From Eremomyces bilateralis CBS 781.70 (Eukaryota), in assembly GCA_010015585.1 (NCBI GenBank), contig ML975166.1: a DNA stretch of 64,000 nt. The stretch is one strand, 5' to 3'. Below are positions 11,931 through 23,715 of the stretch, piece by piece (position 1 is the first letter of the stretch; each line of letters begins with the position of its first letter). The position numbers were made by a program, and so were the translations under genes. Under the pieces are notes generated by a model that did not search any database, had not been told where the DNA came from, and was given only the letters and a program-made list of their open reading frames with translations.

Positions 11931-13478
11931 TTACCAAACGACTGGAAGCTTTTCGATTCCCACATCCCTATCCAGCGGCGTATACGGGAGCTCCTCCATA
12001 GGAACTGCCACTCGCAGATTCGGTAGTCTTTGGAAGAGAGTGGCTTCATGGCGTCATGAGTAACTACCCACATAAGAGTTCTCGCAAGGGTACTTACAGA
12101 ACACAATCTCGAGCTCCGCCCGAGCAAGCCACTCCGCAATACAGCGATGTGGTCCGTATCCGAAGCCTAATGCTTCCTCATCCCAGCGTTTCCGATACAT
12201 GTTGAACGTATCCGGGTCTGGGAAGACCTCCTCGTCGCGACTACCAGATTGGTTCGAGGCGATTATCCCTTCACCAGCTTTGATTTGCTTGCCGCCGAGT
12301 TCAAGGTCGACTTTCGCCACACGCCGCATGGCGAGGCCTGACCCGGTATGGTAGCGGCAGAGTTCCTCGACGAACGTCGGCGCGAGCGATGGATGTGCTT
12401 TAAGGTCGGCTAGCTGGTCGGGATGTTGAAGGAGCGTGACAACGCCCTAGAGTGACCGGTAAGTGCTTGCAGGCTGCATGCAATGCAATTCAGAGAGTAG
12501 GTCTTACAAGATTAATCATGTTGACCAGAGTGGCGTTACCAGCAACAAGCAGGAGAAATGCGATTTGAACGGCGTCCATCCGATCGATATAACCCGGTTT
12601 GATCTATACGAGTATGAGCAGAGGGTCCACAAGTCGCCAACAAAAGTTCGCAGTACCTGTTTGGTAACGAGGCTGCTGATTATATCGTCCTTCGGATCCT
12701 CCATTCGCTTATCCACCAGCTTGCCAAGATACACAAGCAGGGAGTCATTGGCAAGCTGTGCCTCCGACGCCGTAGAGCTGCCGTTTGTGCGGATTGCATT
12801 CTGATTTGTAAGATATGGGAGATCTTCGAAAGGCACGCCAAGAGCAGTATAAATGATCTAGTTAAATCAGTGGGCGACGAGCGTGCTTGGAAAACGAGAC
12901 CCACGTATGACGGCACGGGCAAGGCAAAATGCTCCACTAGGTCTACTGGCTGCTCACATCCCTTTGCAATCATTGCTTCCAAAAGCTCATCAACCGTCTT
13001 TTGGATGTAGGGACGCAGACTGTTGACATGTGTCCGAGTAAAGAGAGCTTCCACCATCCCCCTGTCATGTCACGGCTGCCGTCAGCGGAACGTTCCGTAT
13101 AATAAACGTCTAGCGATCGCTTACCTCTGTCTGCCGTGGTCTGGCGGGTCCATATCCACAAATGTCGGCTTATTCTTCGCTGCAGCCTTCCCACCAGGGC
13201 TCATCTCCGGAAATCCGGATGTGGTGCGAATCTATCAACTTCTATAAGCCATCCTGGATTGGGTTGAGCCTGCTATACTGTTGGAGATTTACCTTGGAGA
13301 GTCTATCATCGGTAGCAACCTGGCAAACATCTTTGTGCTTCACGACTAACCACGTCTGGCTGCCATCCCACAGCTTGACCCTGGAAACAGGGTCCGTAGC
13401 CCTCAATTTGGCGTACTCACAAGGCGGCTTGAGACCTGAGGCGCGCTTGAACGGGAAAGAAGGGATTTTCGGCATCAT
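11931..13478 (-). CDS. CYP55: Cytochrome P450nor (CYP55, fungal nitric oxide reductase), 7 exons, apparently intact
   Basis: Soluble P450 with no TM anchor. Motifs [86 protein letters not shown] and heme motif [13 protein letters not shown] all match the Fusarium P450nor pattern. Confidence 0.93.
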
Positions 13479-14063
13479 GTTGTGCTCGTTGCAAATTTCC
13501 GTCGACTTGCTGTTTTAATATTTAGGTTTGTTCAGAGAAGGAAATGAACCAGCATAGGAACCTCTACAGAGTTGTAGTCCTTGGATATTCCCCTTATATA
13601 TATGATTGGCTAGCCTCATATACCCAAAACAATATAAAAAAATGGCCTGACACTTACGTACAATTCCATAGCTCTAAGTAGCATCTCCGGAGTGTCAAGC
13701 CAGGTGTAACCTGGTGATGCATTACAGTATAATGTGTAAGCAGGCTCTCCTGATATGCACGGATTAGGTTAGCGCACTAAGCAGCGTAGCTCTTGAGTAG
13801 CTGGAGAGCTTCACAATGACAGCGGAAGCTTCTTTTCTCTTTTCCTGTTCTTTGGAGATTAGTTCTAGCTTACAATTAATGAATGTCACGGCACGGTAGC
13901 TGGATGCACACAACATACGCGTAACTAAAGGTATTCCAGATTGAGTTAAAGAGTAGAGGTATCTGTACCAGAGGAATCTCAATGAGGTTCCATTTTGGCG
14001 CTAGGATTGATTAGGCCTAGACTCTCAGCCTATGCCAAGTTGCCAACCTTGGGCCATGCCCAT

Positions 14064-14325
14064 TGTGAGATAAATAGCGGTTTCGCTCAATCAGGTGATT
14101 AATGCAGCGACACAGTGGGAAAACACCGTTAGATTCCAAAAGAGCGTAGATAGATTGAACTTGATCCTGAAGAGCCGGATCCTACGAAAACAGGCTGTTC
14201 CTGCAGCTATTTTATATGGTTTACAATGGTGATCTATTCCCTTAAAAAGGGAAAAATAGGGGTATAGAATCGAATGTGGAATGAAGCCGTGGAGAAACGC
14301 CAAGAAACACAGATATTCTGTGACA
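14064..14325. mobile_element. Solo LTR, copy 2 (262 bp)
   Basis: TG...CA termini, its own 5-bp TSD CCCAT (14059-14063, 14326-14330), same orientation as copy 1. Confidence 0.9.
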
Positions 14326-14965
14326 CCCATAACATACAATATCTTTCGCCTTTACGACGAATGATATGGAGCTTGCCTTGGGAACCAAGCCCAGCATGTG
14401 ACTCGTCGCTAAAACGTACCCTCCGCCAGTGATCTGCTGAGCGAACCTCCCCTGATGCAAGAAACTCAGTAGTAAGCGTGCAACAGAGAGCCAGAAACAG
14501 CAAATCTTCCCTTTTGGCTTCACCGGAATGTGGAAGTGAGCCATATTCCGAATTATCCCCCATGTCAAGTCGCGGGGGACACTGGTCTGACTGAGATTAG
14601 AGATGTGCGCACCTTCGCGTCGCTTGCCCGTTGTTTGCTTATCGTTTGTTGGTCATTGTGTAGATTTCATTTCCGACCGGAATCGGCACGGTATCAGAAA
14701 ATGTCGAATTACATTATTGAAACGCCACGAGGTTGGTTTGCCGGATCCTAATAAATGACTTGATGTCTGGCTCCGCCGTGGAGAATCTGATATACAACGC
14801 AAGTCATTCCGGCCCAGCGACTTTTTCACGCGTCAAAGTGTTGTTATGGAACAGCAAAGCCCTTCACATCTATGTATTTGCAGCTTCTCAACATCTCTCA
14901 TACAATTCTGATTCACTGCCACCCCTGTCGATTCCTTTTCGTGGATTAGCATTCAAAGTGCAGCC

Positions 14966-15175
14966 ATGCTCGGGAGCCTTGCTTCGGTGAATCTTTCCAT
15001 ATTTGGTGTACTCGCAACGCTGTTCACATTCCTTGGGTCCAGTAATGCTCAGTATATCCAGAACTGGCAATGGCTAACTACTGCTGGCGAGTTGAAGCCC
15101 CACTGGTACCCTTCTCCTGGGGTGGAGCCTTTTCGAACAGACCACATTCCACAGACAGGTATGGGGGATACCTGA
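14966..15175 (+). CDS. Candidate first exon of an orphan secreted protein (possibly degenerate)
   Basis: MLGSLASVNLSIFGVLATLFTFLGSSNA|QYIQNW looks like a signal peptide, followed by a GTATGG donor-like site. Downstream exons could not be assembled. Confidence 0.3.
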   Translation: MLGSLASVNLSIFGVLATLFTFLGSSNAQYIQNWQWLTTAGELKPHWYPSPGVEPFRTDHIPQTGMGDT

Positions 15176-16322
15176 TCCCGACCGCGACAGCACAGCTCGC
15201 TAGTTAGCCGTTCAATCTGTTTCCACAGACTTTGCGATGCTTGGAAGAGTGCGAAGGGTCCCACTCGTTATAAGAATCAAACCCATCGTAAGAAGGTCGT
15301 GTCCCTGGCTCCGATGCATTGTATTTGTTTTATTTCTGGCCCCTAGTAATGTTGACTTCCGAGTACATGTAGGAGTAGGAGATAACTTCTTTTCTCCCAC
15401 GATAACTCAATTCGGTGGCATCGATCGCTGACGAATGCATCCGGATGCTTCGTCGCCCTGCTCGGTCCAACTACGCTATAATGACATACCACAGATCACC
15501 AAATCCGGTAACGAGCCTCCGAATAGTCTTTACGACTACCGTGAGTAGTCCCCCGCTATATTGACCATGTTCTGCTGCCGTTGTGCCATAGGAGTCTGGG
15601 CAGGATTGTGAGGCGGATATCTCTCCGGCGAGGGATACAGGAGCATGTCGAGCTTCACCTGAGCTTGATGCTCGCCCTATGACGGCGGAAACCCTAGTCA
15701 GTTACGACCAACATAGACGACATCAGGGAAGACTTACTCCTCGTCTCGAGAGCTACTCCATTTGCGAACGCTCGAGTGACACCGAAATGGTAGGCATTTA
15801 CTTACCAATGAATCTTAGTACCGCTGGCAAGGTGATGTCGGAACACGCAGTTAAGGAGGGCGCATGTCATGTTGAGGTTCTCTTCGGCGCAGCTCGCATG
15901 AAGATGGACTGAAATATCATCTTGGATCATCTGCTGTCGGACATTTGGTACGAATGATATCGTCTTCTTTGGAATCGAGGTCGGTGCGTCTTATTAACCA
16001 CCTAGCTTGCTTCAAGGATGCCAATGGCGCCGGCGCGGTATTTCTCGTCGGCACTGTTCATACTACCATGGGATGGCACTGTATCGTGTCCTGGGCGTTC
16101 TAGATGGCTGGATTGATCTTTTGTTATAATACTCTTGTGTGATACGCTGTCATTTTTCAATGTCATATCACCCGAAATTATGAATGCAAGTCCAGATGTA
16201 TACAAGAAACTTCATGTGTACGCGAATAATGATAAGCCATAATACATACATACATCAAGCTCACTGTGCCTTCTCTTCATTACGCCACGTCAGCGCCGAG
16301 CACTGCGCACATGTCACAACGT

Positions 16323-17023
16323 TCACAACAAAGCAAGGAGATAGGTAAGAGCACCACCTAGAACAGCGGCGAAGCCCACGTCGGTGACGGTCTGAGGTAC
16401 AGCCGCGCCCGTGAACGTCGGGGGCTTGCTAGGAGCCGGCTTGGAGTACGTTGCGGGGTGAGAGCTGGTACCGTTCTGACTGGCGGTTCCCGAAGCGCTG
16501 CCGGACGGTTTCTGAGTAACCGTCGCGGTGGCGGTGGCGGTCGCGGTGCTCGTTTTCGGCGGCGCGCTGACGCCGAGAGAGGCGGCGCAGGACGAGGCGT
16601 CAATTCCCTGAAAGCGGAATTAGAATCGGCATTCAACATGCTTCTATATCGGAACTTACGCTCGGGCAGCAGTATGGGCTGACGAGACAGAAGGAATCCG
16701 ATGGACATGCCCACTCGCTACTGCAGCAGGTGTGGCCTTCGCTTGGATTGTAGCAGAGTCGGGGAGCTGAGGATGTCTTCTCACGGCCTGGATAGCGTTA
16801 ATGGACTGTATTCTGCCGAACGAATGGGTGACATACAAGCCTCGTAGCCTTCACCAAACGCCTCGACACAACTGGCTCCTGGAGAAGAGATGGTTCCCGG
16901 TACGAATTGCCCCGACTGACGACGAGCAAGATCGTTGGAAACGATCCGAATATTCTCCTCTGCGACGACACTCCCTACGTACCCACTCACCAGGGCAACC
17001 GCAGTGAAAATAACGGAACGCAT
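16323..17023 (-). CDS. Secreted Cys-rich, Ser/Thr-rich GPI-anchored cell-surface protein
   Basis: Signal peptide MRSVIFTAVALVSG, Cys-rich exon LCYNPSEGHTCC...CPSDSFCL...YCCP, S/T/P-rich stalk, and FTGAA plus hydrophobic C-terminus (GFAAVLGGALTYLLALL*). Confidence 0.8.
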
Positions 17024-18951
17024 CACGCAAGGTTGAACTTTGGCGGACGAGAGAATGATAAGGATAAGTAAGGAAGTGCTAACGACAGGATAATCAGCAA
17101 CGAGCGACTTCGCATACGTTGTATGCAGGTGACGAAACGAGCGGCAACACTGGGGAGAATCCAGCAGGGAAACGATGGGTTTTCAAGGAAGATGGGATCA
17201 GCGATATTGATTTAGGAGAGAAATGGCAGGACATAAATAAATTAACTTGACGACGGAAAACCCTACCGAATGAGCCGCTATATTACTCTCTTGGCTTAGG
17301 AGCCATGAAGACATGGATTGGCATGGCAATTGGCAACACACTTGCCAGACGGGAAATGAAGAATGTACGAGAAGCGTATCGGCTATCGCAGGACTGTAGA
17401 AAAGGCTCGGTGGCTATTACCAGGTCCCTCCTCTAGATAAAAAGAAATATGGCGGGCGGGTGATGAACTGAGGCATCGAGTCTTGAGTGGCTTACGTGCA
17501 GATTATCGCGAACCATTGAACAACAGTGGCAAGTATATTGCCCGTATTCCGTACTCCCATCGCTAATGTGAAAACGATGAAGCAGAAGGATGGAAGATAG
17601 TTATGAAGGGGTCTGGTCAGTTTCAGGTAGCTATCCAGGCACACGACCAATAGTAGAGCGGGCGATATAGACCCCGGTAGCGCCCACACTACCGAGACTC
17701 AATCCAATGCCAGGAACAGGGAAATTAGGAATAGAAATTGGAGATTGGAATTCGTCCTGGGAGCATTCGGATTCGACCGTGATCTTGGTCCTTGGTGTTG
17801 GCTTCCCTCCCAGCATCTGATCCGGCGTCTTGGTTGGCCGGCCAATTTATTAGCGAGTGATGAAGCGGTTGACTGCCACGCCTGCTCTCAGTGGTCGACG
17901 GGATGTGGTGCATACGGGCCACCCCTTATGAAGTCATGAATCTTATTTGCGCGTTATGAGCCCTGTGACGGCTCGATGGTCGACTAGACGGCCTGTGCAA
18001 TGTTCGCCGTGGAGAAGGCAGGAAATCTACACAGGACTAGAAATTGGCACACGACCAAGATTGTTCTCATTTCCCCGCGGTCTTGGAAGGCAGACTTTGT
18101 CTCCCGGCGCTGCGGTGAACCGCGGCCGGGATTGGGCAATGAAAAATTGTTTAAGATCCCAGGAGATCTGCCCGGGTCCTAGACCGATCAAAGGCATTGT
18201 TTCCTTGGCCAATGGCCGGCAGGCGGAAGGCATGAGACTCCGTTTTGATTGACCGACTGAAATGAGTACTCGAACTTTACGTCTTTGGCTATCGAGCGAT
18301 TGGAATCAAGACTAGCGGCGGCACAGTCAAAACGACCCTAAGACTATAAGACCGTGCAGCGTCTTATACAACTGTGCCAGAGTTGAGAAGCCGATTCTGC
18401 GACCGCCCACAACACCCAAGTAATGATATTATTACTTCATGGTCTTGGGTGACGATACTCTGAGCCGAATTCGGATCATCAACCTCTTACCTTAGGATTC
18501 GACAGTTGTGTGGCAGACTTGCCGAGTCGAGCAATGTAACGACGAAGTAACAATAATGTTTGACTTGAGATAGCAGAATACGGTAACAAATATACTCCCA
18601 AAAAGGACGCTCCAATCCAGCAATGCAAGATACTAGATGTCAAAACCAAAGCGCAAGTATGCTTCAGGATTATCGATTCTCCCGCTCTAGATGTCACCTC
18701 AGGTCAAAAGGATATCAAACGAAGCCACGTTCAGCGAACGACTGCCCGCACGCTCTGACGCGATGGAGTGTGAAACATGTCCGAACCAGATCCTCATAAA
18801 CGCCGATTACAACTACGTAGTGAAGACGGGAGGGTGGAGTAAGAAAGTCGAATTCCGCCCCAGGCTTGGCGGCCCTGCAAGTGCTCGTGTTTTTGTTAGC
18901 TGTCCATTCAGTAATGGCCCGCAATGAGTTTCCGCTCCCCAGATCGGAGCA

Positions 18952-20065
18952 CTACTGTCGCGTGACTACTACCACAGCAACGATGACGGCGATCGCGATA
19001 AGGATGAGAACTATAGTCGTCAGCATGCGCAAGGTAGAAAAAAGGGCTTAGGGGGACGCACTGCAGATGAGAAGGCACCACCACTTCTTCCTTCTCGCGC
19101 CCCGCGCTTTGATAATACCGGTGTCGAGCTCCGTATTGCCTTTCACAATGTTCTCATGCACCTCCTCGCCCTTCTGTTCGATCTGGACCACCATTTCGTC
19201 CTGCTGCATGACGACGGCGTCCAGGTCTTGGAACAGCTGCGCCAACTCGATCATCTGGCGCTCGATCTTCTGGATCTCCGCGTGCCGCTGCTGAACCGCC
19301 CCGAGGGTTCGCTGGGCTTGTCCACGACGGTCGGATTGCATGAGCTGTGATTCGCCTTCGTCAGCATCACTTCGTAATTGTAGCCATCGAGCGTTCAGAG
19401 ATACTAACCGCCTGACTGAAGATCGGCCCGCTTGGTTCCTCCACGACGGCTTGGATTTCCTCTTCGGTGGCTTCCGGCCGCACAATCTTGTATTGCCGTG
19501 CCGTCTGCTGTTGCAGCTCCTTTCGCATGTCCCGCTCCTGCGTCTGATACTTGTTGATCATCGCCTTTAGTCTCCGGTCCGCTCTTCCCACCTGTGGTGC
19601 GTTCCTTGTGGATCCGGATTCTGGGTTCGACTTGATCCGCTTCATCCGGTCGACCAGACCTCGATATGCGGTCATGATGTCTTGTGCTTTGATATCGACG
19701 GACTGGCCGCCTTGACGGAGGTCGGTATTCGTGTCGTTGAGGCGGCGTTGATGGAGCCGGTTCAGTTCCTGTAGGTCTTCTTCAAGGGACTCGATGGTGC
19801 GGTCGATGTCCTGCACGTCGTTGAGGAGGGAATTCCCTCCCATTCCGCCTTGGGGAGCGCCGAATGATGCCTGGGGAGGTCGGTTGAAAGATCCCATTTC
19901 GACGTCTCGAGCTAAGGACGTCAGTCGAGTTGGTGAGAAGTGTTGGCCAGTCTTACATCCATAGCCTGAATTTCCTTCATTTGGACGCTGATCGTACGGG
20001 TTTTGTTGGTCGAAGGAATCAATCTGGCCGTAGCCTCCTTGATTATATCCTCCGTATCGTGGCAT
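18952..20065 (-). CDS. SSO1: Plasma-membrane syntaxin (Sso1/2-like t-SNARE)
   Basis: Habc region, SNARE motif RHAEIQKIERQMIELAQLFQDL...QQDEMV, ARGARRKKWWCL, and a C-terminal TM exon. Confidence 0.92.
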
Positions 20066-20942
20066 GATCGCGGTATTGGTCGAAGGAGAGCAATGTGAAG
20101 AACAGTATATGCTCTAGAATATCAACAGTAAAATGTACAAATGATTTGAAAGTCCACCGCCGGTGAACGATATCCAGCGGCCTGAAACGCGGAGACGGCT
20201 CGAACGTTTCGCACTCCTTGACGCGCTCAACCTGAAATGGAGTCACTACCCCTGCGCAATGCTGAAATCGAGCAAGTCACCAACGATAAATACTCGGGAA
20301 AACAAAGAGCGGGCAATGGCGACGCTCCAAAGAAAAACTCCGGGTATATAGATGAAATAGAAATGAAACGATGTGGTGGAAGATGCACAGCCGGAACGAT
20401 GGAGGAGCTGAAAAAGGGACACGAGCTGCCGAGATCAGCACTTGGGGTTGCTAACTAGCTTTGGGGCTGGGCCGCGTCGGGGCCCGGGGCTGATGGATCG
20501 ACTCTCCTATGGCCTAATGCAGCCTTGAAGACGGTAGCATTGCTCGGCGCTGTAATAATGTAACGATCTGTATGGCGTATGCAGTAATATGTAATGCTGA
20601 GTATTCCATAGAACGCCTTAAAATCATAAGATACGCCACGTTGTTGGAGTGCTTACAAGAGACGCACTTTGATACGCCAAAGACACTGTTCATGCAGTAA
20701 ATTAATTAGGATTCCAACAGCGACCAACAGAGGAACCTGGGTAGAATCTGTATTGTCATATACATAATTGCCGTTTAGGGCCTTTGGACGCATTATAATA
20801 GTCGTCCTGGGCAGTCGATATGCCAATCCAAGGTCTGGTGCGCTCTTACGCCACCCTTCTTCTTCGATGCTGCGTCGCAGTCTCAGAGTCTATATAAAAC
20901 ATTCAATGAAAAATGGAGCCCAACGCTTCTCTCGGACCACAC

Positions 20943-22692
20943 CTACTTCCCCCATCGAGCGCTCTCGTCCCCGCCTACCCATTCATGCTCGACATACCCC
21001 AAGCGGCGCTTCACCTCTTTGACCGTTTCACTGTCCCCCGTGTTCTTCCCGATATTATCACTGATCTTAATCGCCGGGTTGCCCGAGGCCGAAGATATCT
21101 TGATGACAATGTTCATGGGAGTGGACTTGTGCCCGGTGGTCGTGCTCACGAAGTCGTCTGCACGTTGATGTTAGTTACTTGACGTTGCTTTGGGTATACC
21201 AGTCATACTCGTGAAGAATGTCCCGACTCCAAAGCTTGGCTGGAAGCCGCTGGCCTCGGCTGCGGCCTTGTATTTAAGGCACAGATCCGTGGTTAGAGAG
21301 TCAGAAAAGACAATGCTTTTCTGATCGGTAATCCCTTCCTGATCATAGAATTTTCGCATCGACTGAATGAACTCCAATGGATCTCCCGAGTCTTGCCGGA
21401 CGCCGGTATACGCCTGAGCGAATGTCTTCTCGGTACCGGCCGTGCTCTGCTCAATCCGCTCGTATAGACCGTGCAGTTCCGATGCTTGCGCATCGGTCAT
21501 ACTCCCACGGCGTTGCGGCAGACCGGCCAGACGATGGTCAAACATATCGGCTGGCCGGATTTTCTTCCGAAACGCTTTGAGAAATGCAGGTGTGCCAAAG
21601 GTGTCCGTCAGCATGACCGCGAGAACCTGAAGAGATTAGCTCGGGACGATTGAAGGACGTTGTTTTGGGCTCTCACCCCTTCACCGAATGTATTGATCCA
21701 ACAACGCAGACCGATTTCGTTGGCATTCTCATAGTCGTTCGTCGCCGCCGCGATTCCCATGAACCATTCGTGGGCCACGGTGCCGACCGGCTGCAGTCCC
21801 ATCGACATGGCGAAGTGGACGTTGCTGGTCCCGGTCAATTGGCCTGGCCAGCCGTTATTTTCGCCATCGTTCTTCGCCTCGATCATGCCCTGTAGGACCA
21901 ACTTCTGCGCGTGATAGTTCCGCCGCCGCCTGCTTCCGAATTCCGAGAATCGGCACCCGGCTTTTAACAGCTGCGTGCCCTTCTCTTTGGCTTTCTCGAC
22001 TTGGCCATCATAGTTCCAGTCGCGGTCGCGGAACTTGAAGTATGCCTCGCTGACCAGTGCGAGGAGTGGGATTTCGTAGAGGATGGTTTCGATCCAGCGC
22101 CCCGAGATTTTTAACTCGATGCCACCGAGCTCTTCATCGCCCTCGGAACTCTCCGCGTGAAATTTCAGTGACACTTGCTCGCTGGGTTTGAACTGGAACT
22201 GTTCCAGATATGCCAGATAGGCTTGGTTGAGGTACGGGCACGTCGCACCCAGGAACTGGAACTCGTCTGGCGTGAGACGGATGTTCGCCAGACCTTCAAA
22301 GCTGACGTGAGAATCTGTGAGCAACATGATACGCGAATCAACTTACGATCGATCTGCTTCTGTAACCATTGGACGGCGGTGCGGCTCAATTTCATATTCG
22401 GGGTTCTATTGGTCAGGTGGTACGTCGCCTCTGATTACAAGGTTAGAGCATAGCAATACTGCACTTCATATGACTGTTGCGTACCTATATCCGGAAAGTA
22501 CCTCAGGATGCATGCTGGACAAGGTAAGTTCAAGAACCGAAATGGTGGAGTTCCCACGCACCTTGCATCGTGAGCTTATAGAGATCCCTACAGATGATGA
22601 GTTTGATATGAAATCCATGCGACAAACATTACTCACGTATCCAAAATGGAGAACACCCCTTCCGGGACATCCTGTTGGTTTTGCCCTGCCAT
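20943..22692 (-). CDS. NPT1: Nicotinate phosphoribosyltransferase
   Basis: SILDT/DLYKLTM, ILYEIPLLALVSE, FSEFGSRRR, GTSNVHFAM...GTVAHEW, LTDTFGT, GVRQDSGDP, FSDSL, IKISDNIGKNTGD. Confidence 0.95.
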
Positions 22693-23220
22693 GCCACGGA
22701 TATCGGGGTGACGTAGTAGAGCTGGTTAGAAGTCGATGGATTGGGGAGAAACTTGCAACTCCAAGATCGATATCGGATGCGATGTCAGCAACATTTTCAC
22801 TTCCAGAATCAAGCCGGCTCCATGACCGGCGATCAGTTGCAATGGTTACAGAAATTCTAAGTGACCCGGAGTGGATTAATGGTGATAGGTACGTACAGTC
22901 AGAACTCAGAAGCTGTCACCCTGGTGGGATTTGCGTATCATCTGACAAGGATATTGTGTATTGTGCAGTAGTCCCCCTCAGTCTGATGGTGTAAGTAACA
23001 TAATAAACATGTCATCAATTGAGGAATAACAGCCACTTTTAAGGCGACTGCTATCTTTAGGTGTGGTTAGAGCTCCACCCTAGTCTAACATTGAGGAATT
23101 CTTCAACAAATGCGTCTGGCTATGCTACACAATTACCGTTTTGACGTTGCTTTCAGCACCTGTCCCATCGGAGTTGCCCGAATCCCTTGCGAGGTACATT
23201 CCACGTCATTCATAGCGGGA

Positions 23221-23590
23221 GCGAAATACCCGATATCGGGTATTTTGCTATGGAGCCTTCAAAATTCGAATGATTTGTACATCTATGAGGAGCAAAACTC
23301 CCGATATCGGGTATTTTGTGATGGAGTCTTAGAAAGTCGTATATCTAGTGAGGAGCGAAATACACGATATCGGGTGTTTCGCGATTGTTCGACAACCCCT
23401 TTAGTTGTACTGGGACTTCGGGAGCTAAGTACCTGATATCGCGGGTTTGGAGATAGCACCTGCGAATATCCATTTATTTCAAAACATGCATGCAGAACGA
23501 AATATCCAATATCGGGTATTTCGCGACAGAGCCTCCAACAATCCCATTGTTTGCATCGGTAGCAAAAATACCCGATATCGGGAATTTCGC
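23221..23590. repeat. Array of six 28-bp palindromic repeats with variable 35-45 bp spacers (CRISPR-like geometry, no cas genes)
   Basis: Copies start at 23221, 23292, 23355, 23424, 23497 and 23563. Consensus GCGAAATACCCGATATCGGGTATTTCGC is a perfect dyad. Mismatches to consensus: 1, 5, 2, 8, 3, 4. Confidence 0.9.
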
Positions 23591-23715
23591 GATAGAGCCT
23601 TAAAAAATCCAATTCCATGCTGACGGAGTCATGATACCCAGTCTAATTACGCCAGGCCTGAGAAACCCGCTATGATGTCGCTTTTCCACCACCATTTGCC
23701 CTCGTCACAGTTCCT

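Noticed and set aside
8406..14325. Full-length LTR retrotransposon between the two LTR copies
   Set aside because: Each LTR has its own TSD on both sides, and no gag/pol lies between them.
22317..22994. 225-aa plus-strand ORF antisense to the NPT1 5' end, and other long antisense ORFs (e.g. 53038-53754, 37378-38070)
   Set aside because: Shadow ORFs of real genes with no recognisable motifs.
23221..23590. Calling the palindrome array a bona fide CRISPR
   Set aside because: The context is eukaryotic, there are no cas genes, the repeats are degenerate, and spacer edges are partly similar. Reported as an unexplained repeat array instead.
23110..23618. ORFs on both strands across the array (repeating REIPDIGYF / RYRVF)
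   Set aside because: By-products of the palindromic repeat; the unit periods do not preserve frame.
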